Of a DNA stretch of 64,000 bases, positions 38,001 to 50,604 are shown piece by piece; the stretch's first letter is position 1, and the number at the start of each line of letters is the position of its first letter. The stretch comes from Lepidodermella squamata (Eukaryota; Animalia; Gastrotricha), in the NCBI GenBank assembly GCA_047495785.1, contig JBLDXI010000011.1, positions 186,001-250,000 on the forward strand, read 5' to 3'. Position numbers and translations under genes: made by a program. Below the pieces are notes generated by a model. The model searched no databases. It saw only the letters and a list, made by a program, of their open reading frames with translations, and was not told the DNA's origin.

Positions 38001-40168
38001 TAATGAATTGCTCATTTTTTATCAGCTGTGCAAACTAAGCTGAAGTATTGAGTGTAGGAAATTGCAGTTTGGCAGCTATTAAATTGTAAAATCAAAATGC
38101 GTGAAAACGTATGCGTATGTTGCTAGTCGAAACAGTTTCAAATCATTGATTACAAATTTCACAAGCGACAACTGAAATGTCATATTTAACCCTATTTCTC
38201 GCATTTACACTATCTATGACGCCTTTATTTACATCGACGGCTTACATTTCCTCTGAAGAGAAGCTGCTACGCCATTTCACAGAGGAATGCGACGTGAAAA
38301 GCCTAACCCGCCCTGATGTCAATGCAACAACGCCAACAGTTGTCAAGGTTCAATTTCAACCCTCTCGTTTCGTTTCGCTGGATGAAAAGTCTCAAACATT
38401 CAGCGTAATGGCGTCTATTGGCTTGTTTTGGAACCATCCTTGTGTCGCGTGGGATCCTAAAGACTGGGGCGGAACTGAAATGTTCAAAGTTAAGGCAGAT
38501 GAAACGTGGACGCCGCCACTCTACTCAATGAACGCAGCTGAATTGATGCCAATACTCAATTTGATAACTGATCAAGACGCGTGGTATTTCCACTATACCG
38601 GAATGGTAGAAGCGTGGATCTACGGCATCAATCAAGCATTTTGCAGTTTAAGGTAGACTGAACAATGGAGTCCCAATTTTTTACTATTTCCTTAACAGCT
38701 TGGAGAAATTCCCTTTTGATACCCAAACATGTACATTCAATTTCGAATCGTTCGAAGCGGCCAACTATATGTCATTAGTTATAAGCAACGATTCCTCGCT
38801 CTTGGAGGATGAGAAATCACCATTTATCAGCCATGTCGATGTTTGGAAGAACGAGGGCTTCACGTTCCAGCGAATAGACATTGGCCGTGGCGGCCCCCTG
38901 AAGACGACCTATCGCTGCGCCTTCACGTTCAAGCTACGCCGCATGCCCGGCCTCTACATGGTCAACATATTCTACCCCACTTTCTGCCTCACCATCCTGC
39001 TTTTCGGGTCGATTTTCATCCCGATAGAGTCGCCGGATCGATCCATGTTCTGCGTCACGGTCCTACTGGCGTTTTCAGTCGCCCAATCAACGATTAACAA
39101 CATCATTCCTACGACGAATGAAATGCCTTATGCGTTGATTTTCGTCACGGTTCAACTCGGCGCTGCTGTGGTCATTACGATGTACTGCTTGATTTCATGC
39201 GAGCTAGCTAACAGGCAACATGGGCTGACTTCGCGATCAATTTGCGGTCGGAAAATGTCGACACTTCGATTGATGGACATTGCAGCTTATAGCAGCATAT
39301 TCGTCGTTATCATTTTAACAGATGTTGGGATTTTCATGAAAATGACAAGTTTTCCTTAAGTTCGACTATGGCTTGTCCATTTTCAACTTCTTGGTATTGC
39401 TGAGGATTGCCCATACTTTACGGTTAATTGGTTTCACGATTAAATTTTCGGAATTCGATGTATAATGTTACGTATGATTCAGAAGACTTCTGATTTATCG
39501 ATTTTAAACCAGGTAGGTAGAGCGATTAGCTTCAATTTGCTGGCAAAATCGAATCAAATCGATTTATAGTAACTCCGCAGCTACAACTGAAGTCAACAAT
39601 CCATCTAAGGTTAAAACCGGCTAAAGTCGTGAAGATACTCGTTTGTGATGTATGAGGTCAAGATTTAATCGATTTAGAATTTAGAGTATTGGTAAGCAAA
39701 TGTGTCGACTTACTGGATTGTACACTGATGAGTGATGATGATAATACGAAGCCGAACCAGCCTGAACTTCCGTCGTTCCTATACCGGCTTTGAACTCTAA
39801 TTTCAACTCGCCAGTTCACAAAAGTAGCCGGGCAGCTCTGAAGGACAAAAGATTCAACAAACAATTGTTTAATTCTAATGTAGACTTACCGAGCTAGGTT
39901 TGATGAGGGAAATGGCTTCTCCCATGGAATTCATGCTAGCAAGCATGTATGACGTTGTCAGTGCAACAGCCGAATAAACGGTGGTATAACTGGCGTCGGG
40001 TATGCTTAGATTCAGCTTATCGAATGACAAGGAGCTGACGAAGGTCGTTACGTTGTAGGCTGCAGGTAGCTGCAGTGCGCTGGTTGTAACGTCTGGATCG
40101 ATGCTTTTCGCTTCTTTTGCCATCTGCATTGTGGCGAGAAGGGTAAAATAGGCAAAATTGAAGGCCAT
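35075..40168 (-). CDS. Secreted lectin-like / mucin / Cys-rich repeat / vWA protein, copy 2 (~641 aa); intron 2 hosts an antisense ion-channel gene
   Basis: Exons 39890-40168, 39714-39837, 35972-36858, 35769-35868, 35579-35712, 35376-35526, 35075-35325 (1926 nt). Same intron phases and same 124-, 100- and 134-nt exon sizes as copies 1 and 3. Confidence 0.78.
37193..37499. mobile_element. Foldback/MITE-like element: ~68-bp terminal inverted repeats enclosing an 86-bp perfect palindrome
   Basis: ATTATGACTCAAAAATGAAAAACCAGTCGCC...CAGCCATCTTC (from 37193) is inverted at ~37432-37499. Internal palindrome at 37328-37413 is centred on AAAAA|TTTTT. Confidence 0.7.
38177..39359 (+). CDS. Cys-loop (pentameric) ligand-gated ion channel subunit, paralog 1 (~378 aa)
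   Basis: Exons 38177-38652 and 38699-39359 (46-nt intron). Signal peptide, WTPPL loop A, Cys-loop [15 protein letters not shown] (C-x13-C), pre-M1 LRR, four TM helices, very short M3-M4 loop. Confidence 0.9.
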
Positions 40169-42020
40169 TGACAATTAAATATATCCTACATTGTATTCAG
40201 GCATGAAGAAGAAAGTGACACGAAAAAACCGGAAAATCCGCCTGGTTCTTAGCCTGCAACATAATTCTAGTGCCAACACAAGAAGCCTAAATGAAACCTA
40301 ACCCAAATTTCTATGTCTTATTCAAATGCGTCTTATTCCACGAACATAAGCCTGATTCTAACCCTAATCCCATTAATCCCATTGGCTTTGTTCATTCGGA
40401 ATCTCTTGAGTACTGTCGAAATTGCTATGAGGCTCTTTAATAGTCCTTGAACCCTTTAAGGGGCGAGGTGGTGATGTCAACAAGCCTGGAAGCTGGCAAT
40501 GTGGTTCGAAAAATCCCGATGTGTACCCTTCAGTGAGATATTTGCTTCATCAGGACACACGGGCGTAGTGGCGTAGTTAGCTGCAAAAACACCCCGCAGA
40601 CATTTCTAAAATTGATATTGCGCAGCATATTAGAGCCTCGAGCCTCAGAGAAGGGTGAGTACACATATTACAGCCTTACTCTTGTGTCCAGTCCTTTATG
40701 AACTTATGTACGTCCGAAGATTTTCATAGTGCAATCACTCACGCACACGTGAACCCCGCAAATATGTTGTTAAAAATTCGCGCAAATGCGCTACCTCTGC
40801 TTGTAGCTTTTTAGGCTGGTTTTGACTTTAGACAACATGTCGACTCCCCTTGATTACAACAAGACGAAAAAAACAAGCCTGTCGCAAATTGCGAATTCGA
40901 TATTTATCATTCGGCGATTACGAACTACTTGAAATTCATATTTTTAATTCATGAACTCATTAAAATTCATACCTATTTCAATGTTCCAGAGGAGAAGAAA
41001 CTTTTGCGCATGCAAAATTTGCATGAAATGACGCCTACAATATGGAAATGCCGCTAAATGCTTGCAGATAAATGCCGTTATTTCTCTTCAGGCTTGTTTA
41101 GTAGATACGGCGATTGTTCACTAATTCGGCTAATTAGGCTATTTTTGTCAAGTTTTTATTTTCGAATTCGCAGTTTTCTATTATTAGTGATATCGACATG
41201 AGGACGTTGACAAAACTGGTGAAGATGAAGATTACGAACGATCCATAGATCGAACGGATTCCTCGAAGACGTGGCTTATACACATTACAATAGAAGACGG
41301 AAAAAAATTTCAGATTAGGTAATTTAGTACGTGATACGCAAATGCCATATTGGTGGAATATGGACGCCTCGGCTACGAGCAACTGCAACCTGAACGCCTG
41401 AAGTTTTCCAGGTGGAGTTGATGACAGCGCAAATGGATTCGTCTGATACGAGTTGCCGCAATTCCCAACTGATTTTTCAGGTTATTTAGGAAGTTATGAA
41501 GGAAGCAAGCAAAATTTAGACTTCGACCTGCGACTAAACTTGTTTTTCTCCAATTATCCACGAGATTCATTTATGTTTTTGACGTTTCATTATGCGTGCC
41601 AAAGATTTTTCCGCATTTTATTTCCGATCCCATGAGAATATACCCTTGAAGAATTCATCTGGTCAATCCCTGAAGAAAATCAGGAGAAAGAACACTCGTA
41701 GACTCAGAAGCATGATTGATCTCTACTACATGATTGCGGAGATGTATGCGCCAAGCCATCGAATTGTATTCATCGATTGAACATATGCGTCGATCGCAAT
41801 ATCAGAGTAAATAAACGGTTCGTGATTCTAAAACAAATAATAAACTGCTCATTTAATGCCAACTGTGCAAACTCAGATATAGGATTGCGCGTAGGAAATT
41901 GCACTTTGGCAGCTATTAAATTAGTAAAATCAAAATGCGTAAAACAAGTTGCGCTTCTATGGTTGACACACTTTAAAATCATAGGTTTAATTCACCAGCA
42001 AAGGAATAGAAACAAGCAAA

Positions 42021-43219
42021 ATGGCCGCATGTTTAACCCTACTTCTCACATTGGCTCTGTCTGGGATGCCGTTATTCACAGCAGCAGCTTATATTTCCTC
42101 CGAAGAGGGGCTGCTCCGCCATTTCACTGAGGAATGCGACGTTAAAAGCATAACACGGCCTGATGTCAATGCAACAACGCCAACAGTTGTTACGGTTCAA
42201 TTTCTACCAGCTCGTTTCATTGCGCTGGATGAAAAGTCCCAAACATTCAGCGTGATGGCATCTATCGGCTTGTTTTGGAACCATCCTTGCGTCGCGTGGG
42301 ATCCTGATGGCTGGGGCGGAGGGGCTTCGTTCAGAGTAAAAGCAGTTGAAACCTGGACCCCGCCACTTTATGCAATGAACGCGGCTGAAGTGATGCCGAT
42401 TGTCAATTTGATAACTGATCAGGATTTGTGGTATTTTGGCTCTGATGGCTTAGTAACTGCGTGGATCTACGGCATCAATCGAGCTTTTTGTATTTTAAGG
42501 TACATTTTTATATTAATTCCACTTAATTTTTTTTTATCATATTATCATGTTTTAAAAGATTGGAGAAATTCCCGTTTGACACTCAAATATGCACATTCAA
42601 TTTTGAATCGTTCGAAGATGCCAGCTATATCACGCTAGCTTTGAGCAACGATTCTAGTCTTGTCCAGGATGGGAGTTCGCCATTTCTCAGCCAGGTCGAT
42701 GTTTGGACGAACGAGGGCTTCACGTTCCAGCGAATAGACATTGGCCGTGGCGGCCCCCTGAAGACGACCTATCGTTGCGCCTTCACGTTCAAACTCCGCC
42801 GCATGCCCGGCCTCTACATGGTCAACATATTCTACCCCACTTTCTGCCTCACCATCCTGCTTTTCGGGTCGATTTTCATTCCGATAGAGTCGCCGGATCG
42901 ATCCATGTTCTGCGTCACGGTCCTACTAGCGTTTTCGGTCGCCCAATCAACGATTAACAACATCATTCCGACGACGAATGAAATGCCGTATGCGTTGATT
43001 TTTGTCACGGTTCAACTCGGCGCAGCTGTGGTCATTACGCTGTATTGTTTGATTTCATGCGAGCTGGCGAACAGGCAAAATGAAGCTGGGAAGTCTGTCC
43101 GATCAATATGCGGTCGAAAAATTTCGACACTTCGATTGATGGATATTGCAGCTTATAGCATCATGTTTTTCGTTCTAGCCGCAGCCGATATTGGGATTTT
43201 CGTGAAAATGACAAGTTAA
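42021..43219 (+). CDS. Cys-loop ligand-gated ion channel subunit, paralog 2 (~379 aa)
   Basis: Exons 42021-42499 and 42559-43219. Cys-loop [15 protein letters not shown]; TM region nearly identical to paralog 1. Confidence 0.9.
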
Positions 43220-43532
43220 ACTTGTCGAATGACCGAAAACAGTCGAACTTGTAGCTGCTATGTGCTATCTTACTATCATGTGTTATCTTGCTCCCCTAGC
43301 GTGAACAGGTGCAAAGCTAATTTTCAAGAATGAAGCGACCTATTTCTAAAGTAGTAAAGCTTCAGAGTTGCTTTCAAGGTTAATGAATGCGAAGCAGATT
43401 TACTAACGAGTCTCAACATTCGGTATTGCTTACAAATGCCATGTACTTCCTCTCAAGGTCATTTTTTGTTTATCTCTTCATCCAACTTTAAAAGTGGAGT
43501 CTCGTAAAGGTAATGCGTCTCTTTCAAAATCG

Positions 43533-43958
43533 TCAGATGTGTCCACTGCAAATGGCCGTGGCCTGCTCGAGGCAACGCTGCAGCTTTTTCGGCTTGTTCT
43601 TCGCGCCGTCCGCCTTCTTGCACAACAGCTTCTGCAACTTTTCCACGCATGCTTCATCCTGGACGATCACCTTCATGGCCCCGGCCAAGTCGACGCCAGT
43701 CGCTGCGACGATAGGCGAGCGGCGGTAGTCTTCCAGGTTCTGCGAGACGCCGGTTCGCAACGATTTGAACAGGTTTGTCGCAGGTTTTGAAACCGAGCCG
43801 GCTGTCATGTACAGTGGTTTGCGGTTCGGCAGTGTCGCTGAGCTGTTTGTTGACGTACCTCGAAACGGGACCAGCGACAAGCTGAAGCCAGCGCCGCTCG
43901 ACAAACTGGCAAGAGATGAGATCGTCGAAAGAAATACAACAACCTTGAACTTGTTCAT
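43533..43958 (-). CDS. Small secreted protein of unknown family, paralog A (141 aa)
   Basis: Signal peptide MNKFKVVVFLSTISSLASLSSG; basic C-terminal domain with 4 Cys. A close paralog at 49392-49823 keeps the frame, with only in-frame indels. Confidence 0.75.
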   Translation of the reverse strand: MNKFKVVVFLSTISSLASLSSGAGFSLSLVPFRGTSTNSSATLPNRKPLYMTAGSVSKPATNLFKSLRTGVSQNLEDYRRSPIVAATGVDLAGAMKVIVQDEACVEKLQKLLCKKADGAKNKPKKLQRCLEQATAICSGHI

Positions 43959-44030
43959 TCTTTGCTGCGATAAGTTGATAAATGTGCGGAGTTTTCATCG
44001 TCGGCAGCAGTGGGCAGACGTGTTTTCCAC

Positions 44031-44103
44031 GCGCGTAATTCATTAATTAGCTAATTAAGGCATGCGCCGGAAAAATATTAGCCCATTACGAGCGAGGTCG
44101 ATA
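44031..44103 (-). promoter_or_regulatory. Conserved upstream block of the small secreted paralogs, rich in TAAT/ATTA sites (copy A)
   Basis: GCGTAATTCATTAATTAGCTAATTAAGGCATGCGCCGGAA lies ~80-145 nt upstream of the ATG and is matched at 49906-49980. Confidence 0.4.
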
Positions 44104-44833
44104 GTCAGCATCTCGCCATTAGCCTTGTGGTTCGTGTTTTTTACTATATGCTATACGCCACTTCGCGGACATCGAAGTGCATTGGGAATGACATCAGAGT
44201 AGGATTCGCACACCCATTTTTCTGCATTCTCTATCTAGGCTCGATTAGCAAAATCGTTCAATTAAATACAATGAAAGATGGATCTTCTATTTTTACTATG
44301 AAGGATTCGTACGTTATGCGCCACAAGTAAAAATAGGCATTGCTTTTTGGTTTTTCTCGTGAAAATCTATGGTTTGCAGGCGTCTTTTCTTTTTATTTTA
44401 TCATTAGGTAGGGAGCCTGATGAGCCCATTTGCAAATTTTGAGCTTATCCTTGAAGTTCCTGGGCCAGTTTCTAGTGGAGCAAGTTCGTATTACCAGCTA
44501 TGAATCACTTATTGTGTTGGTCGCCAATAATTATTGATACGATGCGTTCATTTTGACAACTTAGCTCTTTTGATCCTTGAGAAATTTTGAAACCGGGGTT
44601 TCAAATTATTGTGAGTAGATTATGAATTTGTCAAAAGGTAATTTTCGACCGGGTAAGGACAAGTACCTTGTTCCGCGCGCACGACGAAATGTTCACATTT
44701 AAAATAACATTGTTTTATTGGTTAAATGTCATAACCCCGATGACAAATAAAACCTTGTCGCTGAATAGGCAGAATAATGAGGAAAATAGTCAACAATGCA
44801 ACACGTCCATTAGATACATAATGCAATTAGAAA

Positions 44834-47519
44834 TCAAACATTGATTAAGTAATTTAACACGCGATAGTTGTTCTCTTTTAATCGAACCCAATGCTTAATT
44901 TCAACTGAATCGTAACCGAATGCGGAGATTCTTGGAAGAGTAGATGTCGTGTCTCCACCAGGGAGAATTACGAAAAGGACTTTGATTTTCCAAAATCGCA
45001 GTAGTTGTAGAAAGGTTTCGGACGTTTGCTTGTCTTTGAACGAAGAGGGTGAAACGAATGCGATGATAACGGGCGAATTCGCGGCACCTAGATGCGGGTA
45101 TAAATATAACGTTTCAACAGAATAACAATAATTGAACGCAGGTTTACCAATTTGTTGCAATCGTCGCAACGCATTATCAGTGAACCCGCCGTCGCTGCCG
45201 AAGTAAATCATTGAATCGACAGCTCTCCTAAAATCAGGGATTGATAACGAGTCGGAAAGAGATAATGCCTTGAAAGCAGCTGTTCGACCGCCAAAATCAA
45301 TGAGTTCGACCTTTCGAAACAACAGGTGATTAAAGTCTTTACATGGTAAGAAATCTTACTCGTGCTGAGCCGTTGTTGATTGAAAGGTGCTGAGCTATGA
45401 CGGCAACGGCGGCTTTAACCTTCTGGAATTGATGAATAGGAACTGCGTAGGAGGAATCGAGCAGGAAATGCACGTCGAGTCGCTTATTCACAACTGTAAT
45501 TGCGGGACGGAATAGATTCGTAAGAATCCTACAACTTTGGCTTACTTACTTTCTAAAAGGCAGGAGCTTGAGCAGCCATCACCAGCGGCAGTGTTAGCGT
45601 CATCACATTCTTCACCTCGAAGAGGCTCGAACAAACCATTGCCGCAAGTCTGAAATGGAGAACAACAGAAATGTATGGAACTTTCGCAATCACAGTTCCA
45701 TGTTGGTCGATTGACATTCAGTTCGACCGAATTCCTATCACAAACCTAAAATTAGGGTGACCCTTGATAGGGCGATCATAAATTTATCAAATTCTACATA
45801 TATTCTAAAATCATCCCAGTTGGCCATGAATTGGTTTATAACCCAAAACAGAGGCGATCGGGTTGATTTGGGCCAGTAAAATCATAATGGAAATTTGCCT
45901 TATTACTGCAGTTGAGGTAACACCTTTAATTGAACCAATTGGAAAATGCTTACCCTCAACATAGAAGTAGTTGTTGTGGATGTTGAACTCAACTCTGTTG
46001 TTGACCTGCCAGTCGTTGTTGCCGTTGAAGTTGGAACTGAAGAACTGCTTCTCGTCGTTGTGTATGTCGAGGCTGTGGTACTAGCAGTAGTAGACGTTGA
46101 GATTGCTGCGGTTGACGTTGGAGAGCTTGTTGTTGAAGTTGTGGATGGAGTTGTTGAAGACGTCGAAGAACTGCTCGTTGTCGTTGGATATTTTGGTGTT
46201 GTTGTCGTAGTACTAGCAGTAGTAGACGTTGAGCTGGTCGGAGTTGAAGTCGTTGAAGAGCTTGTTGGGCTTTTCGATGTTGAACTTGTTGTAGTTGTAG
46301 GAGTCGTTGTCGTTGTTGAAGATGTCGAAGTACTTCTGCTGGTCGTTGATGTGCTAGTGGTAGTCGGGCTGGCTGCGACTTGAAAAGCATAAACAGAATT
46401 AACGTTAACCCCGGCATCCCAATTATCAAACGAGAAGAGCATCAGCGAATTCGACCCAGATGTCACCATGGAGCTGAGCCCTGTTACGCCGACACTCGAG
46501 AAGCAAACCAGAGAAACTGAAGCTGATTGCAATGCAACTGTCAACTCGTCATTGATGAGTTGCACGACAAGAATGAACGAAGATGAGGTCCCGGTGAAAA
46601 TCGATGAGCAGGCGGTGGAGTTGACGAGGTAGCTGCTGCCTGGCGGTCTCACGTAAGCCCACGGCCATGTTGGCGTGTATGTTACGTACATTGGCCCATT
46701 CGGCATTAGTTGCAGCCAAACAGCCAAGCCGTTCAGGTTGTTGTACGTTGGAGTATTCGAACGAGCTGTAGAAAAGCAAGAGTTCAGACTATTATGTACC
46801 TCAGAAAAGTTGTACAGTGACTTCCAGTGCTTTTGAATAACATTCAAGATAAATTTTGAATTCAGCAATGTTAGCATTTTTAGATCCGCTTATAACTAGA
46901 AGTCTGGTGTTTGTTTTCCCGTGTGATCTCCTAGCACTCCTAGCTTTGAGCGATTCATCTATTCTCCCATTCTTATGATAATATCTGAGATTCCTCTATC
47001 GATCGAGTTAAGAATTAATGATTCAGCTTCATTTTGCCGCTGGTTTGATTAAAAAAATCGGTTGACTGACGTGATTGTATACCGACGGCCGTAGAAGATA
47101 GGACGAAGCCGAACCAGCCGGAGCTTCCGTCGTTTTTGTACGTGATTTGAACTCCAACTTCAACTCGCCAATTCACAAAAGTAGTAGGGCAGTTCTGAAA
47201 AACAATAGATTCAACAAACAGACGTTTAATTTTAATCTAGACTCACCGAGCTGGGTTTGATGAGGGAAATCGCATCTTTAAGTTGATCCATGTTAGAAAG
47301 CTTGTAAGACTTTGGTTCAGTCATAGCCGCATTAGCTGTAGTATAAGGAGAGTCGGGTATGCTTGCATTCTGCTTATCGAACGACATCGAACTCACAAAG
47401 GTTGTTACGTTGTAAGCTGCGGGCAGCTGTAATGCACTTGTTGTGACGCTTGGATCAACGCTTTTCGCAATTTTGATCATGGACGCCGAAATGATAAAAT
47501 AGGCCAGGATGTAGACCAT
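44834..47519 (-). CDS. Secreted lectin-like / mucin / Cys-rich repeat / vWA protein, copy 3 (~619 aa)
   Basis: Exons 47247-47519, 47071-47194, 45954-46765, 45550-45649, 45360-45493, 45148-45310, 44834-45087 (1860 nt). Confidence 0.8.
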
Positions 47520-49391
47520 TGACAATTTATTGAACCTATAGTTAAAACTGAAGCAACAAATGAACATGTCAATTCTGTCACTCTTTAACTAACAAATTCT
47601 CCTAACCCTAACAAATAGCGATAGCATACCCAACCTCGGATGACATCAAATTTGCTGAACTAAACTTCACATAATTGAGCTCACACTACCCGGTCCCCCA
47701 GTTCTAGAGTTCAAGGCAAGATAACTATGGTAATATGTAGCATGTTCAACAATTCAATTTGGATACTACCACTTGGCTTAAAGATCCTACTTCACAGCCC
47801 TAGGCATCTTGACCAACATTTAAAACGCAAATAACAAATTCTTCCAATTCTAACCTACTCAAGCCCAATCGCTCTAAATCCTAAATCCAGCGATAAAATC
47901 GTGTTGTTTAGCAACAATTCCTAAATAACAGGAAAATTAGCAATGTTTTTTGAAGAGGTAGGTCATCCCATGTTTGATGTTTTTCCTAGGTCACATGGTT
48001 TCGAACATGTTTTTGTGTTGAGCCACTAACACGCCCCCCACAAGATATTTTAAAAATTGTTATCGGAACTTTGTTTTCGCATTTTTTTACGGTGCATCGT
48101 CCAGGCCTGCCTGAGAAAACAAACATCATCATATCATAGCTCTTCATCTCTTCCGCCTAGAGTCCCCAGCGTATAAGTACGTTTTGTACGATATTCATTC
48201 AAAATGCAAGCACTCACTACATGCCTTACCCCGCAAATAGCTTTTAATTCACGAAAATGCACAGACTTTGCTTTTGTTCTGATTTGGGACTGTCGCTTAC
48301 ACCTGAATACAACACGACAAACAAGCACCTGTCGCTAAAATAAAGTTAACATTCTGCAATTTCGAACTGCGAGGAACTCGTATATTATGGCTCGCCTTTG
48401 TTACAGTGTGGTCTGAAACACGGGAAGAATGCGCATTTCTTCAAATAATTGCGCTTTCAGCTTACGATCACAAAGCCAGCAATCAATTTCTTCAATCTCT
48501 TGATCATCCTGATCCTATTTACTTTGCCGTTTACTTGGAATTAGCTCGCCTTGTTTCCTACATTCGCGTCTCCACCTTCTCTCCTACGATCACTAACTCG
48601 ATCACTAACTACGCCAGATAATTTGAGGTATGAATAAAAGATATTTTCTCGCACAAGTCTTAATCATTGTACATTTGATATTTTTTTTAAATTTTTGTCG
48701 GGCTTGTGTGAGGAACCTTCTTTTACTGCGTGACTCTGAGCCGCGATATTTCTGAATGGTTTCTGAACTTTTTTAAATGAAGTCAATTTTCGTTTAAAAA
48801 ATTGCATACCTAATGAAAAAAAGCTGGTTGACGAAATGAACTCAACTAGTGCGCAGCAACAAAGTCATGTGCCCATCACATGATTGCCTACATTCAATTT
48901 AATTTTCAACTACGATTGGCGAATTGCAGTTTCACTATATAGATCAGCTTTGAAAAACAAAACGGTCATAAAATTCAAAGCCCAACGATTTATTTTTTAA
49001 TTTACTTGGGTGTCAGTTGCCAAATGCCAGAGACAGCGAATAATAGTCCACAATCTCTATCGATGGTACCAGTTAACCGCGAGATTACTGTTCCCATTAG
49101 TCTTGCAATCGACGAGAACCCAAGAGAACCAAATTAATTCCAATAGCTGAATAAGGATCACGAGAAATACCTGAATTATACCTCATAATCGCGATCGTAG
49201 CATCTCGAGATCAAATTTCGATAATTAGTTTGATGTAATATAATTGGCTTAAGACAACTCTCAAATTCTAGTGTCCATCCTATCACGTAACAGTCATTTT
49301 CATGTTTATTTCAACATCCAATGTTCAAAAGCGGTCTTCATCTGTAAAAAGCGATGATTATATTATATGAAATTAAGCTATGGATGAATCG

Positions 49392-49823
49392 TCAGATATG
49401 TCCACTGCAAATGACAGTCGCCAGATCGAGGCAGTGCTGCAACTTTTTCGCCTTGTTCTTCGCACTCTCCACCTTCTTGCACAACAGCTTCTGCAACTTG
49501 TCGACGCACGCCTCGTCCTTCACGATCAGCTTCACGGCACCCGTCACGTCAACCCCTGTTGCTGCGGCGATGGGCGAACGGCGGTAGTCTTCCAGGTTCT
49601 GCGAGACGCCGGACCGCAGTGATTTGAACAGGTTTGTCGCTGGTTTTGAGGCCGGGCCGGCTCCTGTTGCTGACATGTGAACTGGCTTTCGGTTCGGCAG
49701 TGTTGCCGAACTGTTTGACGTGCCCCGAAACGGAACTAGGGACAAGCTGAAGCCAGCGCCGCTCGACAGGCTGGCAAGAGCCGCGAAGATTGACAAAAAA
49801 GCAACTAGCTTCAACTGGTTCAT
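49392..49823 (-). CDS. Small secreted protein of unknown family, paralog B (143 aa)
   Basis: Signal peptide; shares GAGFSLSLVPFRGTS, GVSQNLEDYRRSPI, KLQKLLCKK and ICSGHI with 43533-43958. Confidence 0.75.
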   Translation of the reverse strand: MNQLKLVAFLSIFAALASLSSGAGFSLSLVPFRGTSNSSATLPNRKPVHMSATGAGPASKPATNLFKSLRSGVSQNLEDYRRSPIAAATGVDVTGAVKLIVKDEACVDKLQKLLCKKVESAKNKAKKLQHCLDLATVICSGHI

Positions 49824-50604
49824 ATTTCACGGTTTTTTACTGGATTTGATGAAAATTCAGCTGTGATTTTATGGTCGGTAGCATCGCCAAGACCTGTTTT
49901 ATATACGCGTGTAATTCATTAAATTAACTAATTGAAGCATGCGTCGGAAGAATATAAACCCATCACGGGCGTGGTCGATACGCAGTCAACAGACTATCAG
50001 CTACGCCCCATTCATGTGATGTTAGTGTTTTTTCACGATGAGTGATTGCCTCTCGGACATGCAAGAGCAATTAGAAATGACATCATCACTGCAGAATTAG
50101 CATCGGTTGTTTTTTTAATTCTCAAGTAAAATTGCATAATAGAGCATGAAATGATAGAAAAAATGGCACTATTTTCGGACGGACCCCTACTAAAAAAAGC
50201 GAGCAGTGCCGAAATTTAATTATTATTTCCTTCCTGTAATTAATAAATAATATCCATATAGCAAAAATCCATTACGGGAAGTCATTGTGCCAGAAAATCA
50301 GGAAAATTCTTATCCCAGAAGGAAATCAATCTGGAGCTCAATACATCTTAATGAAGCAGATCTGAATGGTAAAATAATATCTGTCCATAATGAATTATTG
50401 CGTGACCTATTGTTCATCTACTGGCTATGTGGACTTGATCTGGCAAGGCAACGTTTCCAATTGTAAAAATTAGGTTAGAAACCAGCGGCCTTGGATTGAG
50501 CTTGTATGGTAACTGTATGGTTTATGCCATCGCATTTTGCCTCGCATTTTTCAAATAACTCCGTAACCATGAGGACTTTTTGGAGCGGGTTTCACCAGTG
50601 GATA

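Noticed and set aside
38177-43219. Naming the channels as nicotinic alpha subunits
   Set aside because: No vicinal loop-C cysteines or clear aromatic box; the ligand is unknown, so no symbol is given.
30936-46383. Val/Glu-rich plus-strand ORFs at 30936, 31164, 35760 and 45946
   Set aside because: Reverse-complement readings of Ser/Thr mucin codons.
7411-47610. Scattered TAACCCT motifs (about 7413, 20952, 33276, 40359, 47603)
   Set aside because: Only one or two units each; not telomeric arrays.
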